Source: a virus. Taken from it: DNA of 64,000 bases. The position numbers and the translations under genes are program-made. The notes beneath the pieces were generated by a model. The model was not told the DNA's origin. It ran no database searches and saw only the letters and a program-made list of their open reading frames with translations. Shown here in pieces: positions 51,446-59,103 of the stretch (its first letter is position 1; every line of letters starts with the position of its first letter). The stretch lies in IMG/VR virus record IMGVR_UViG_3300033072_000542; one strand, given 5' to 3'.

Positions 51446-51454
51446 ATAAACAAC

Positions 51455-51515
51455 AGGATCGTTTTTTACGGTTTAGATTAGAAGTCTAATGTAATTTTTT
51501 TGCTGAACCGATCCT
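51455..51515 (-). repeat. Inter-tRNA hairpin element, copy B (stem AGGATCG/CGATCCT, TTCAGCAAA motif)
   Basis: Same architecture as copies at 52293-52350 and 50570-50683 with compensatory changes in the stem. Flanked by GTTT on both sides. Confidence 0.5.
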
Positions 51516-51519
51516 AAAC

Positions 51520-51594
51520 TGGGTCCCGGCGAACGGAATCGAACCGTTACTGGTTGCGCTGGCCGTGCCTACCACTTACACTACAACCGGGAAA
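51520..51594 (-). tRNA. tRNA-like gene, anticodon arm not resolvable (possible pseudogene)
   Basis: Good acceptor TCCCGGT/GCCGGGA, canonical T-arm AACGGTTCGATTCCGTT, CCA encoded. No inverted repeat is available for an anticodon stem. Confidence 0.35.
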
Positions 51595-51597
51595 ACT

Positions 51598-51671
51598 TGG
51601 TACCTCCACCGAGAATTGAACTCAGAATTAGCGGTTATCAGCCGCTTGTTATACCATTTAACTACAGAGGT
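51598..51671 (-). tRNA. tRNA-Ile (GAT)
   Basis: Acceptor ACCTCTG/TGGAGGT. Anticodon arm AGCGG-CTGATAA-CCGCT. Confidence 0.75.
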
Positions 51672-51677
51672 AAAATT

Positions 51678-51752
51678 TGGTAGGTCCTGAGAGAATCAAA
51701 CTCCCACTTCAACGTTCGTAGCGTTGTGTAATATTCATTTTACTAAGGACCC
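51678..51752 (-). tRNA. tRNA-Arg (ACG)
   Basis: Anticodon arm CAACG-CTACGAA-CGTTG. T-arm GGGAGTTTGATTCTCTC. Confidence 0.7.
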
Positions 51753-51755
51753 ATT

Positions 51756-51830
51756 TGGTGGTGATGAGTAGAGTCGAACTACCACTTTGCTCCGTATGAA
51801 GGAGGTGCACTACCATTATGCTACATCACC
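51756..51830 (-). tRNA. tRNA-Met or Ile2 (CAT)
   Basis: Acceptor GGTGATG/CATCACC. Loop TTCATAC. Confidence 0.65.
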
Positions 51831-51835
51831 ATATT

Positions 51836-51912
51836 TGGATGCGGGTAGTGGTAACGCTCCACTCTCGGTAAGGCTTATGAGACCTTCCGGGTCAACTTGA
51901 CCTACCCGCTAT
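51836..51912 (-). tRNA. Atypical tRNA-like gene (anticodon CAT; non-canonical D and T loops)
   Basis: Acceptor GCGGGTA/TACCCGC. Anticodon arm AAGGT-CTCATAA-GCCTT. D hairpin GGTCAAGTTGACC. T loop AGCGTTA. Confidence 0.35.
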
Positions 51913-51916
51913 AAAC

Positions 51917-51990
51917 TGGTCTCGGTGGAGAGAATCGAACTCCCGACACATGGTCCCAAACCACGAGTTTTACCACTAAACCACACCGAG
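51917..51990 (-). tRNA. tRNA-Pro (TGG)
   Basis: C1-G72 acceptor. Anticodon arm CGTGG-TTTGGGA-CCATG. Confidence 0.75.
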
Positions 51991-51997
51991 TTATATT

Positions 51998-52073
51998 TGG
52001 TGCTCTCTGACGGAATCGAACCGCCTGTCTCCTGGTTACAAATCAGGCGCATCGCCAGCAATGCTTAGAGAGC
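51998..52073 (-). tRNA. tRNA-Thr (TGT)
   Basis: Acceptor GCTCTCT/AGAGAGC. Loop TTTGTAA. Confidence 0.65.
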
Positions 52074-52080
52074 GAAATTT

Positions 52081-52155
52081 TGGTGGAGGCCGAGGAAATC
52101 GAATCCTTCTAGACACTCTCCTTGCAAGGGAGAGCCGTAGCCCACTACTGCCCCC
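52081..52155 (-). tRNA. tRNA-Ala (TGC)
   Basis: G3-U70 pair. Anticodon arm TCTCC-CTTGCAA-GGAGA. Short D-loop. Confidence 0.7.
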
Positions 52156-52205
52156 AAAATAACTGATTACTTATCCTATTATACGCCATCAGTCAAGGCG
52201 AGATT

Positions 52206-52282
52206 TGGTGCCCTAGGAGGGACTCGAACCCTCAGAACTTGGTTTCTAAGACCAATACGTATACCAATTCCGTCACCAGGGC
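52206..52282 (-). tRNA. tRNA, anticodon TAG (Leu-type, short variable arm)
   Basis: Same scaffold as the genes at 48920 and 49001. Anticodon arm TTGGT-CTTAGAA-ACCAA. Discriminator A. Confidence 0.6.
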
Positions 52283-52292
52283 ATTATAAAAC

Positions 52293-52350
52293 AGGATTCG
52301 CTTTTTCTTTTTATTCCAAAAAAAGTTTAATTGTTTGCTGAAAGAATCCT
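52293..52350 (-). repeat. Inter-tRNA hairpin element, copy C (stem AGGATTC/GAATCCT)
   Basis: See copy B. Interior begins TTTCAGCAAAC. Confidence 0.5.
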
Positions 52351-52355
52351 TAAAG

Positions 52356-52434
52356 TGGCTCCGTATCAGGGAATCGAACCCTGCTAACCATTGATTAACA
52401 GTCAAGCCCATGCACCTTGCTCGGGTTCTACGGA
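52356..52434 (-). tRNA. tRNA-Asn (GTT)
   Basis: U1 start, discriminator G, loop CTGTTAA as in E. coli tRNA-Asn. Long D-loop. Confidence 0.55.
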
Positions 52435-52504
52435 ATAAAATAATTACAGGCTGTGAGCATCCTCCATTTAACTCTAACGATTACGTTAGAGCACCTATAA
52501 AACT

Positions 52505-52579
52505 TGGCGCCTCGTAGGAGAATCGAACTCCTGTTCTCCGCTGGACAGGCGGGCATAATAGCCATTATATTAACGAGGC
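52505..52579 (-). tRNA. tRNA-Asp (GTC)
   Basis: Acceptor GCCTCGT/ACGAGGC. Loop CTGTCCA. Discriminator G. Confidence 0.6.
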
Positions 52580-52585
52580 AAATTT

Positions 52586-52678
52586 TGGTGGAGTAACTTG
52601 GAGTCGAACCAAGAATGTTTACCACGAGGGGACGGATTTACAGTCCGCCGATGCACACGCCATAGCATCAATTACTCC
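52586..52678 (-). tRNA. tRNA-Tyr (GTA), type II
   Basis: Acceptor GGAGTAA/TTACTCC. Anticodon arm GCGGA-CTGTAAA-TCCGT. Long variable region. Confidence 0.6.
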
Positions 52679-52688
52679 AAAATCTTTA

Positions 52689-52763
52689 TGGTAGGGGCAC
52701 AGAGAATCGAACTCTGATTTACGGGTTAAAAGCCCGCTACTTTCGCCGTTAAGTTATACCCCC
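52689..52763 (-). tRNA. tRNA-Lys (TTT)
   Basis: Anticodon arm GCGGG-CTTTTAA-CCCGT. Confidence 0.7.
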
Positions 52764-52770
52764 ATGTTAG

Positions 52771-52845
52771 TGGTGCCTTGAGATGGATTCGAACCATCAC
52801 CGTATCAATTATGAGTTGACGGCACTACCTTTATGCTATCAAGGC
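52771..52845 (-). tRNA. tRNA-Met or Ile2 (CAT)
   Basis: Acceptor GCCTTGA/TCAAGGC. Anticodon arm GTCAA-CTCATAA-TTGAT. Confidence 0.7.
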
Positions 52846-53047
52846 ATTCTACCATATGTTAGTGTTACTACGTTATAGTCTGGCCTTAACCGTACCAGAG
52901 TTTGTTTTTAACGTTCAGACTTATTCCCTAAGCGTCCAAAGGGTCTTCGTCTTTCAATCAACCGATGTGTAGTCTAGTGCACCTAACCACACAGAGCGGA
53001 TTCACTATCCTGTGAGCACAGGAATCTTCCGTAACAACACTAACATA

Positions 53048-53122
53048 TGGCACTCCGTACCAGAATCGAACTGGTCTCTCCGCCTTGAAAGGGCAGCGTT
53101 CTAACCGATAAACTAACGGAGT
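53048..53122 (-). tRNA. tRNA-Glu (TTC)
   Basis: Anticodon arm CTGCC-CTTTCAA-GGCGG. Confidence 0.7.
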
Positions 53123-53177
53123 ATTTTTACTCTACAAATTTTTAATGAACATTGTTGATTTCTCAACGTATGCAAGT

Positions 53178-53205
53178 ATTATAACACACTTGCAAATTTT
53201 GTCAA
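53178..53205 (-). promoter_or_regulatory. Sigma70-type promoter for the tRNA transcript (TTGACA-N16-TATAAT)
   Basis: Reverse complement gTTGACAaaatttgcaagtgtgtTATAATact. Confidence 0.65.
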
Positions 53206-53231
53206 CAACTTTTTTCATCGTTGTTGTTTTT

Positions 53232-53309
53232 TTACAACTTGGAGTAGGGAGTGAGATTTGAACTCACGGCTTTACTGGTTTGCAATCAGTTCCCTTGGAC
53301 CGCTCGGGC
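53232..53309 (-). tRNA. tRNA-Cys (GCA)
   Basis: Loop TTGCAAA. Discriminator U. Confidence 0.6.
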
Positions 53310-53313
53310 ATCC

Positions 53314-53553
53314 CTACACTAATTTTTTTCTTGAACTACGGTGATTCTCATCACGGCGCATTGTCCAAGTGTATGATTCACCATCTGGCAAAATCTTATC
53401 TTCAACTGCATCAACACCAAACATGCCTACAATCTCTGTAGTGCCGTCGGTGATAGTTACAAACTCATCAATATATTTTGCCGCTTCCATCGCAATTAGA
53501 AGTGTGTTGAACTCACCTCTAACGAAACCTTCTTTATCAATCACTTTATACAT
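53314..53553 (-). CDS. Hypothetical protein
   Basis: The listed ORF 53314-53688 runs over both tRNA-Ser genes. The real start is probably the internal ATG at 53553 (RBS AAGGA). Confidence 0.35.
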   Translation of the reverse strand: MYKVIDKEGFVRGEFNTLLIAMEAAKYIDEFVTITDGTTEIVGMFGVDAVEDKILPDGESYTWTMRRDENHRSSRKKLV

Positions 53554-53564
53554 AATCATCCTTT

Positions 53565-53652
53565 TGGCGGAGAGTATCGGACTCGAACCGATGCGCCGCT
53601 TTCGCAACGACAGTTTAGCAAACTGCTGGTTTAACCACTCACCCAACTCTCC
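53565..53652 (-). tRNA. tRNA-Ser (GCT), type II
   Basis: Acceptor GGAGAGT/ACTCTCC. Long variable arm CGTTGC-GAAA-GCGGCG. Confidence 0.7.
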
Positions 53653-53659
53653 ATAAATT

Positions 53660-53751
53660 TGGCGGAAAGCGGAGGAGTCGAACCCCATCCCATTTCTGAG
53701 AACCCAGTTTTCAAGGCTGGTCGGCGCACCAACGCACCTGCATCACTTTCC
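53660..53751 (-). tRNA. tRNA-Ser (TGA), type II
   Basis: Acceptor GGAAAGT/GCTTTCC, discriminator G, loop CTTGAAA. Ends match E. coli tRNA-Ser(UGA). Confidence 0.6.
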
Positions 53752-53836
53752 ATTATTTGTTACCATACAAAAACATACTATCAGGAATTCAACCTGAGTC
53801 CGGCTACCGGTGTGACGCTACTAGAATGTTTTTGTA

Positions 53837-53911
53837 TGGCAGGGGTTACTGGATTCGAACCAGTGATACCGATTTCAAAGACCGGTGCCTTAGGCCTCTA
53901 GGCGAAACCCC
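53837..53911 (-). tRNA. tRNA-Gln (TTG)
   Basis: Anticodon arm CCGGT-CTTTGAA-ATCGG. T-arm ACTGGTTCGAATCCAGT. Confidence 0.65.
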
Positions 53912-53949
53912 AACAAATTTACTCTACAACTTTTTAATGAACAGTCTGT

Positions 53950-53978
53950 ATTATACAACGGAACGATGCCGTTGTCAA
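53950..53978 (-). promoter_or_regulatory. Sigma70-type promoter for the tRNA transcript (TTGACA-N17-TATAAT)
   Basis: Reverse complement TTGACAacggcatcgttccgttgTATAAT. Confidence 0.65.
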
Positions 53979-54013
53979 ATTTTTCTTTAGTATATGTTGT
54001 ATTTCAACAACAC

Positions 54014-54047
54014 ATAATAAAAAAGCCCTAGTTTTTAGACTAGGGCT
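54014..54047 (-). terminator. Rho-independent terminator
   Basis: On the minus strand, AGCCCTAG-loop-CTAGGGCT followed by TTTTTTATT. Confidence 0.6.
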
Positions 54048-54258
54048 TGTGAATATTTGGTTAATTTGTGTTACTTAGCGTAACCCTCACATTCACGAAC
54101 CCTAACTCCTTTAATCGCCACATCGCTTGAATTCTCAAGGCAATAAGCACCCCACGAATTCAATCGTGTCGGTTGTGTAAAGGAATGTTTCGTTATCATC
54201 ATAGTATTATATATGCTTTTTTTTCTTTTGTCAAGCGTTTTTTTCAACTTTTTTCAAA

Positions 54259-54549
54259 TTATTTTACTTTTACCGAATGTGCATCACGTGTGCTACCATC
54301 TGGATATCTGTATTTGATATAACCATCTTCACCGATGTATGCTACACCTTCCCAAAAGAATTTTTTCTCACGGAATCGTGCAATCTTCTCTTCCGAATAT
54401 TCAGTCTTATCAAACTGCAATTCACCCAAGTGTTCTTGCCAGTTATCATCAGCATTACGAATGATTAATGGAATATCCGCATCATCTTCAACTTCAACAA
54501 CATGGCACATGCGATACATGGCGATAGTTTCTATAATGTATTTTTTCAT
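54259..54549 (-). CDS. Hypothetical early protein
   Basis: 96 aa ORF. Confidence 0.3.
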   Translation of the reverse strand: MKKYIIETIAMYRMCHVVEVEDDADIPLIIRNADDNWQEHLGELQFDKTEYSEEKIARFREKKFFWEGVAYIGEDGYIKYRYPDGSTRDAHSVKVK

Positions 54550-54926
54550 TCTGTATCCTTCGTGATTTCCAACTCACACTCAATGAACATTTCGCACTCA
54601 TAAGAATTCCAGCCATGGTCTTCTAAATCATAGACTGAGTTTTCTTCTAGAAATTCTTCCAATAATTCTCTTGTTTCAGCATCACAGCCGTCAAAATCAT
54701 AGTCTTCGGAACATCCATCAAAAGTTTCAATCAACTCAGATTCATATCCACAATTGTAGATATCTACACCTTCACTAATGTTTGGCGGATTGTCATCATC
54801 AGTATAGACCGTGAATGAACCACCACGCCAACATGTGTCAACATAGAATGATTGGTCACCGTTCGTCCAGTGTTGACGTTCAATAAGTGATTTTTTCCAC
54901 TTAGGGCTTACTGTCCATGATACCAT
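54546..54926 (-). CDS. Hypothetical acidic protein
   Basis: 126 aa ORF. Confidence 0.3.
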   Translation of the reverse strand: MVSWTVSPKWKKSLIERQHWTNGDQSFYVDTCWRGGSFTVYTDDDNPPNISEGVDIYNCGYESELIETFDGCSEDYDFDGCDAETRELLEEFLEENSVYDLEDHGWNSYECEMFIECELEITKDTE

Positions 54927-54928
54927 GA

Positions 54929-55222
54929 TTATGCCTCAATCACAACAGTTTTGATAGAATCCCAGCGGAATGAACGCCAGCCAGATTTCTCAATATCAAA
55001 CACAGCCAAAACATCTGGTGATTTTTTACGCTCTGTAGTTTCTGCTTTTGGTGCAAAATCTTTTGGCACAATAGTTTCATCTAATGTGCATTTCATAGAA
55101 CGTTCGGTACCATCAGACTTGGTAAAATTTACAGTCAATGGACCAGTTCGCAAGGCTTCAATCAACCATTCTTGGTGTTCAGCGTTGTTCACAAACACAT
55201 TTGAAAATGTGGACTTCATCAT
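54929..55222 (-). CDS. Hypothetical protein
   Basis: 97 aa ORF. Confidence 0.3.
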   Translation of the reverse strand: MMKSTFSNVFVNNAEHQEWLIEALRTGPLTVNFTKSDGTERSMKCTLDETIVPKDFAPKAETTERKKSPDVLAVFDIEKSGWRSFRWDSIKTVVIEA

Positions 55223-55234
55223 ATAAACTCCTAA

Positions 55235-55708
55235 TTAATTTTGATTTGCTAGTATAACACTTGTTTTGATATCTGTCAAGTATTCTTTGAACCATTCTGT
55301 GGTTCTTTCCTTCTTCTTTACCATCGTTCCAAAAAGATTATGTCCAATGAAACCTTTAGCGTATGTCATAGGATCAGCAAAGATAGCCTCAAACTCTTCA
55401 TCAAAATGGAAATGCCCATTTTCATCACGCTTAAAAAATGCAACATGGTATTTTTCACCAATGTCATTACCTTCTACCGGTGCACCAAAATCTTGTTTGT
55501 ATTTAATGAATCTAAACTCAATAGCATCCGTATTCTCATCTTCCTCACGGTCAGATGGTAAAAACAGGAAGCCATCATACTCATCCATTTCAGTATGCTT
55601 TTTCATGCAGGTCTTTCTTAAACTTGGCTTGTTCTTTTTTACGATTGTATGCTTTAGCCAAGGCGACCACACGCATACGATACTTCGGTGTGCGTAAATC
55701 TTTTGCAA
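55235..55708 (-). CDS. Hypothetical protein
   Basis: 157 aa ORF. Confidence 0.3.
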   Translation of the reverse strand: MQKIYAHRSIVCVWSPWLKHTIVKKNKPSLRKTCMKKHTEMDEYDGFLFLPSDREEDENTDAIEFRFIKYKQDFGAPVEGNDIGEKYHVAFFKRDENGHFHFDEEFEAIFADPMTYAKGFIGHNLFGTMVKKKERTTEWFKEYLTDIKTSVILANQN

Positions 55709-56444
55709 CTAAATTTCTTGGCTTTAACATCTTCATTCCTTATATAGCACGACCAGTCATATTGTATAACAACAGGTCAAGTTCCTTTTCAAAATCTCTA
55801 CCTTGTCTTCGTAAGTGAAAAATCTTATCAATCAATTCATCACTATCACCCATTGTTGGTGAATATTTGCCTCTACGTTCCAATTCGTCAATCAAGTCTT
55901 CATCGGAATAGTCATCCATGCTAACATCAACATCAACAGTTACGATTGTCATTTTCGAGCCTTCAAATCACGCATGTAGAAATACCACAATGCACCAGAG
56001 ATAAACAAATAGAAAAGTCCCGAAACAGTTCCACCTTTTTGTAGTTCATTAACACCATCAACAAAGAATACACCGATAAAAAACCAAGTGAGTTCATCAT
56101 CGTATTCCTTGAACCATGCAATAATTCTATCAAACAAATTCATCAACTTCTCCAAAAACTTCATACACCCACGATTCAGGAATTTCCAGAATCAACGCAA
56201 TAGATTCAGCATCATAACCATTCTCAATCAGGTCACGAATCTGTAAATCCAAATCTGACATTTTACTCATTTTACAACTTTCTATATTCAGTAACAGAGA
56301 TATACACGCAAGGAATCAACAAAAGGAAGAACCATGCTGAGTATTCTGTAGCAAGTGAACCGATAACGGTGATATACCACCAATCAAACAAGTTCAATGA
56401 CCGCTCAAAAATAAAACGGTGCATTTCAGTTAAAATTTCTTTCA

Positions 56445-56726
56445 TTACATCCTCGCATCATTCAAAATAAAAAACGGCATATCATCAATCCAAACATCAA
56501 TTGAAATACCTTGGGCAAACATAAAATCATGTTTGTTCTTACGTGAGGTGAAATAGATGTGTTCAACTTGGTGTCCCAGGTATTTCACAACTTCATCACC
56601 TTCCGCAGGTGTTCGCATCGTAACGACATAAACTTTGTGTCCGTGTCGTTTCGCCGAATCAATGAACGTATCCCAGAAAACATTGTCTCTAGTATACGTA
56701 TTATCATAATCTAAACTCAGATTCAT
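56445..56726 (-). CDS. HAD-like phosphatase fragment (polynucleotide 3'-phosphatase-like)
   Basis: 93 aa. N-terminal LDYDNT (DxDxT HAD motif I). Overlaps the upstream kinase ORF by 4 nt (ATGA). Confidence 0.4.
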   Translation of the reverse strand: MNLSLDYDNTYTRDNVFWDTFIDSAKRHGHKVYVVTMRTPAEGDEVVKYLGHQVEHIYFTSRKNKHDFMFAQGISIDVWIDDMPFFILNDARM

Positions 56727-57115
56727 AGCAACCTTGCAAATAGATGGTCAATATTGTATTCAAATCGAGCCGACATTTTCTCCAATACTTCTCGCGGCAC
56801 ATTGTGAACGTTACCGAAAGAACCTTGACACAAAATGATTTGTGGTCGAATATTGAAATCTTTTGCGATATCAAAATATGGCAACAATTCGAATGCGGTG
56901 GTGAATGTATTTGATACAATCACAACATCATACAATCCCAACGCATTCCTAGTCATATGTTGACACCACTCATGTGCTTCCTTGAGCCTAGACATATCAA
57001 AATTATAATCTGGACCCCAAAACATATCAGTTTCTAAGTGTTCACCACGAATGCTTTTAGCAATTGTAGACTTACCCGAACCCGGCAAACCCCGCACTAG
57101 AATCAGTTTACTCAT
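56723..57115 (-). CDS. P-loop kinase, polynucleotide kinase (Pnk) kinase-domain-like
   Basis: LILVRGLPGSGKSTIA Walker A. Confidence 0.5.
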   Translation of the reverse strand: MSKLILVRGLPGSGKSTIAKSIRGEHLETDMFWGPDYNFDMSRLKEAHEWCQHMTRNALGLYDVVIVSNTFTTAFELLPYFDIAKDFNIRPQIILCQGSFGNVHNVPREVLEKMSARFEYNIDHLFARLL

Positions 57116-57552
57116 TTTTTACCTTTAACTGCTTTTTCAGCATTCTTCTCTGCTTCTACAATACCTTCTTCAACGTATTGATCCAGTTTCTGATTGATAA
57201 TTTGTAGAACTTTACCACCAGTCTCTTGCACTTTATCATTCTCTGCAATTTTCTGTGTGGCGTAAGCACCAACCATCATGTATGCAGTTTTCTCAGTAGG
57301 CAAAAGTGTTGCTAGAACGGCACTCAGAATAAAAACTTTCAAACATGTTTTTACATGACCCATTGCCCACTTACCCTTTTCAGCACGTTTTTGGCATTCA
57401 CGCTCACCATGCCAAGATTCTTGTGAACACTCAGCACCACGATAAATCAGAAAACACATACCGAAGAAACCTGAAACGATGGCTGACATAATCAACAAGG
57501 TACCAAAGCCATGTAACAAACTAATCGCATATACAAGCCAAACTAAATCCAT
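57112..57552 (-). CDS. Membrane protein
   Basis: 146 aa. Two hydrophobic helices. Confidence 0.35.
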   Translation of the reverse strand: MDLVWLVYAISLLHGFGTLLIMSAIVSGFFGMCFLIYRGAECSQESWHGERECQKRAEKGKWAMGHVKTCLKVFILSAVLATLLPTEKTAYMMVGAYATQKIAENDKVQETGGKVLQIINQKLDQYVEEGIVEAEKNAEKAVKGKK

Positions 57553-57562
57553 CTTTTACTCC

Positions 57563-58414
57563 TTACTTACCGATACTCATTAGAGTTTTTGTATCAGCAC
57601 CCACAACCGTGCTAGGCAACTGACCATTCCACTTTTCAATCCATTGTAGTTGAACATATTGTTGACCACCATTTGATTGGATCGCTTGTGCTTGAATTGC
57701 AATCGCTTTCGCTTCACCCTCGGCTTGTGCAATACGTGATTTTGCTTCAACTTCAATACGTTGCAAATCTTGTTCTGCTTTCTGCTTTTGTTGTGTAGCA
57801 ATCACCTTTTGTTCAATCGCTTGTTGATATGCACTTGAGAAACCGAAGTTAACCAAACTAATATTTGATACCGTGATATCGAACGGAGCAAGTTTCTCCG
57901 ACAAACGTTGTTGAATTGTATCAGATACTTCTTGGCGCTTAGTTACCAATTCTTCACTTGTGTAGTGTCCAGTCACAGATTTGAATGATTCATTCATCGC
58001 TGGTCCAAGAACTTTCGTGTCAACATCAAGTCCAAATTCTTTGTAGATATGCGGAACTTTACCTGCATTCATGCGATAGTTAATTACAATATCAGTATGA
58101 ACTTGTTGTAAATCTTTTGTGCCAGCCGATGCACCATTCAAATTGGCACGTTGTAATCGCACATCAACATCCTTAACATTACTGATTGGATTCACAAAGT
58201 GAACACCTTCGGTTAGTGCAACAGGATTCACCTCACCTAGCGTAACCTGAACGCCAGTATGTCCAGCGGAAATTACCGTGAATGATTGAAATAGAATACC
58301 AACAACAAAAACGAATGCGCCTGCTAATGCACCCAACGTTTTCTGGTTAAGCAATAGCGTAGCCGCAGTATAAATTCCAATAGCAACAAACAACAAAATA
58401 AAAATAGCCATCAT
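57563..58414 (-). CDS. SPFH/band-7 (prohibitin/HflC-like) membrane protein
   Basis: N-terminal TM. SPFH-like core. C-terminal coiled-coil AEQDLQRIEVEAKSRIAQAEGEAKA. Confidence 0.5.
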   Translation of the reverse strand: MMAIFILLFVAIGIYTAATLLLNQKTLGALAGAFVFVVGILFQSFTVISAGHTGVQVTLGEVNPVALTEGVHFVNPISNVKDVDVRLQRANLNGASAGTKDLQQVHTDIVINYRMNAGKVPHIYKEFGLDVDTKVLGPAMNESFKSVTGHYTSEELVTKRQEVSDTIQQRLSEKLAPFDITVSNISLVNFGFSSAYQQAIEQKVIATQQKQKAEQDLQRIEVEAKSRIAQAEGEAKAIAIQAQAIQSNGGQQYVQLQWIEKWNGQLPSTVVGADTKTLMSIGK

Positions 58415-58660
58415 ACCGATTCTCCATAATAAGACAAAACTTTTTTCATTGCGGCCATAATTTCACGATTATCAAAATAATCGGCTAGTTTATGACCAGG
58501 AACTACATCTGTATCTTCAATCTCTAGTTGTTCCTGCATAAGATATTCACAATGGTTTCTTAAACTCAAAACCACAATTCTATCCGCAGTTTCCATATCC
58601 AACTCTAAAGCCATTTGATTCTCCAATTCTGCTTGGTTGATATCATAATCAACCATTTGT

Positions 58661-59044
58661 TCAATCTGTCGTTTCCGCATTACAAAACTCCGCAAACGCT
58701 TCCCATGTGCCAGTGAATAAAACAGTAGAAGAACTATCTTTCACAACCACTTTTTTCTCATAAACGTGATACTCATAATCTTGCCAGGCATCTTTTGTAT
58801 CCGTAGCCATGATATAGAAGTTACCAGCACCAACTTTGAAATTGGCAACCAATTGTGCGGCTAAGCAACCCATACCATTAAAGAACTTTTCTTTACCACC
58901 AGGAATACCATTGACAAGTTTGCCGGATTTTAGAAAATTTGCCAAGTCAGCACCGTGACCAGAAACATACCCATCAAACTGGCGATACAAACACAAGATT
59001 TTCTTGCGACCATCATACACGAATGTCAAAGAACGGGTACCCAT
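58661..59044 (-). CDS. Hypothetical early protein
   Basis: 127 aa. RBS AAGGAG. Promoter immediately upstream. Confidence 0.4.
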   Translation of the reverse strand: MGTRSLTFVYDGRKKILCLYRQFDGYVSGHGADLANFLKSGKLVNGIPGGKEKFFNGMGCLAAQLVANFKVGAGNFYIMATDTKDAWQDYEYHVYEKKVVVKDSSSTVLFTGTWEAFAEFCNAETTD

Positions 59045-59075
59045 GATTTCTCCTTTTGTTTCAAACTATGGATTA

Positions 59076-59103
59076 AGTATAGCAGGATCCAGTCACTTGT
59101 CAA
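59076..59103 (-). promoter_or_regulatory. Sigma70-type early promoter (TTGACA-N16-TATACT)
   Basis: Reverse complement cTTGACAagtgactggatcctgcTATACTtaatccatag. Confidence 0.55.

Noticed and set aside
52428-52625. 65 aa minus-strand ORF
   Set aside because: It overlaps tRNA-Asn, tRNA-Asp and part of tRNA-Tyr. It is an artefact of the tRNA array.
53314-53688. Full-length 124 aa ORF
   Set aside because: Its N-terminal 44 codons overlap both tRNA-Ser genes. The internal ATG with an RBS at 53553 is the more plausible start.
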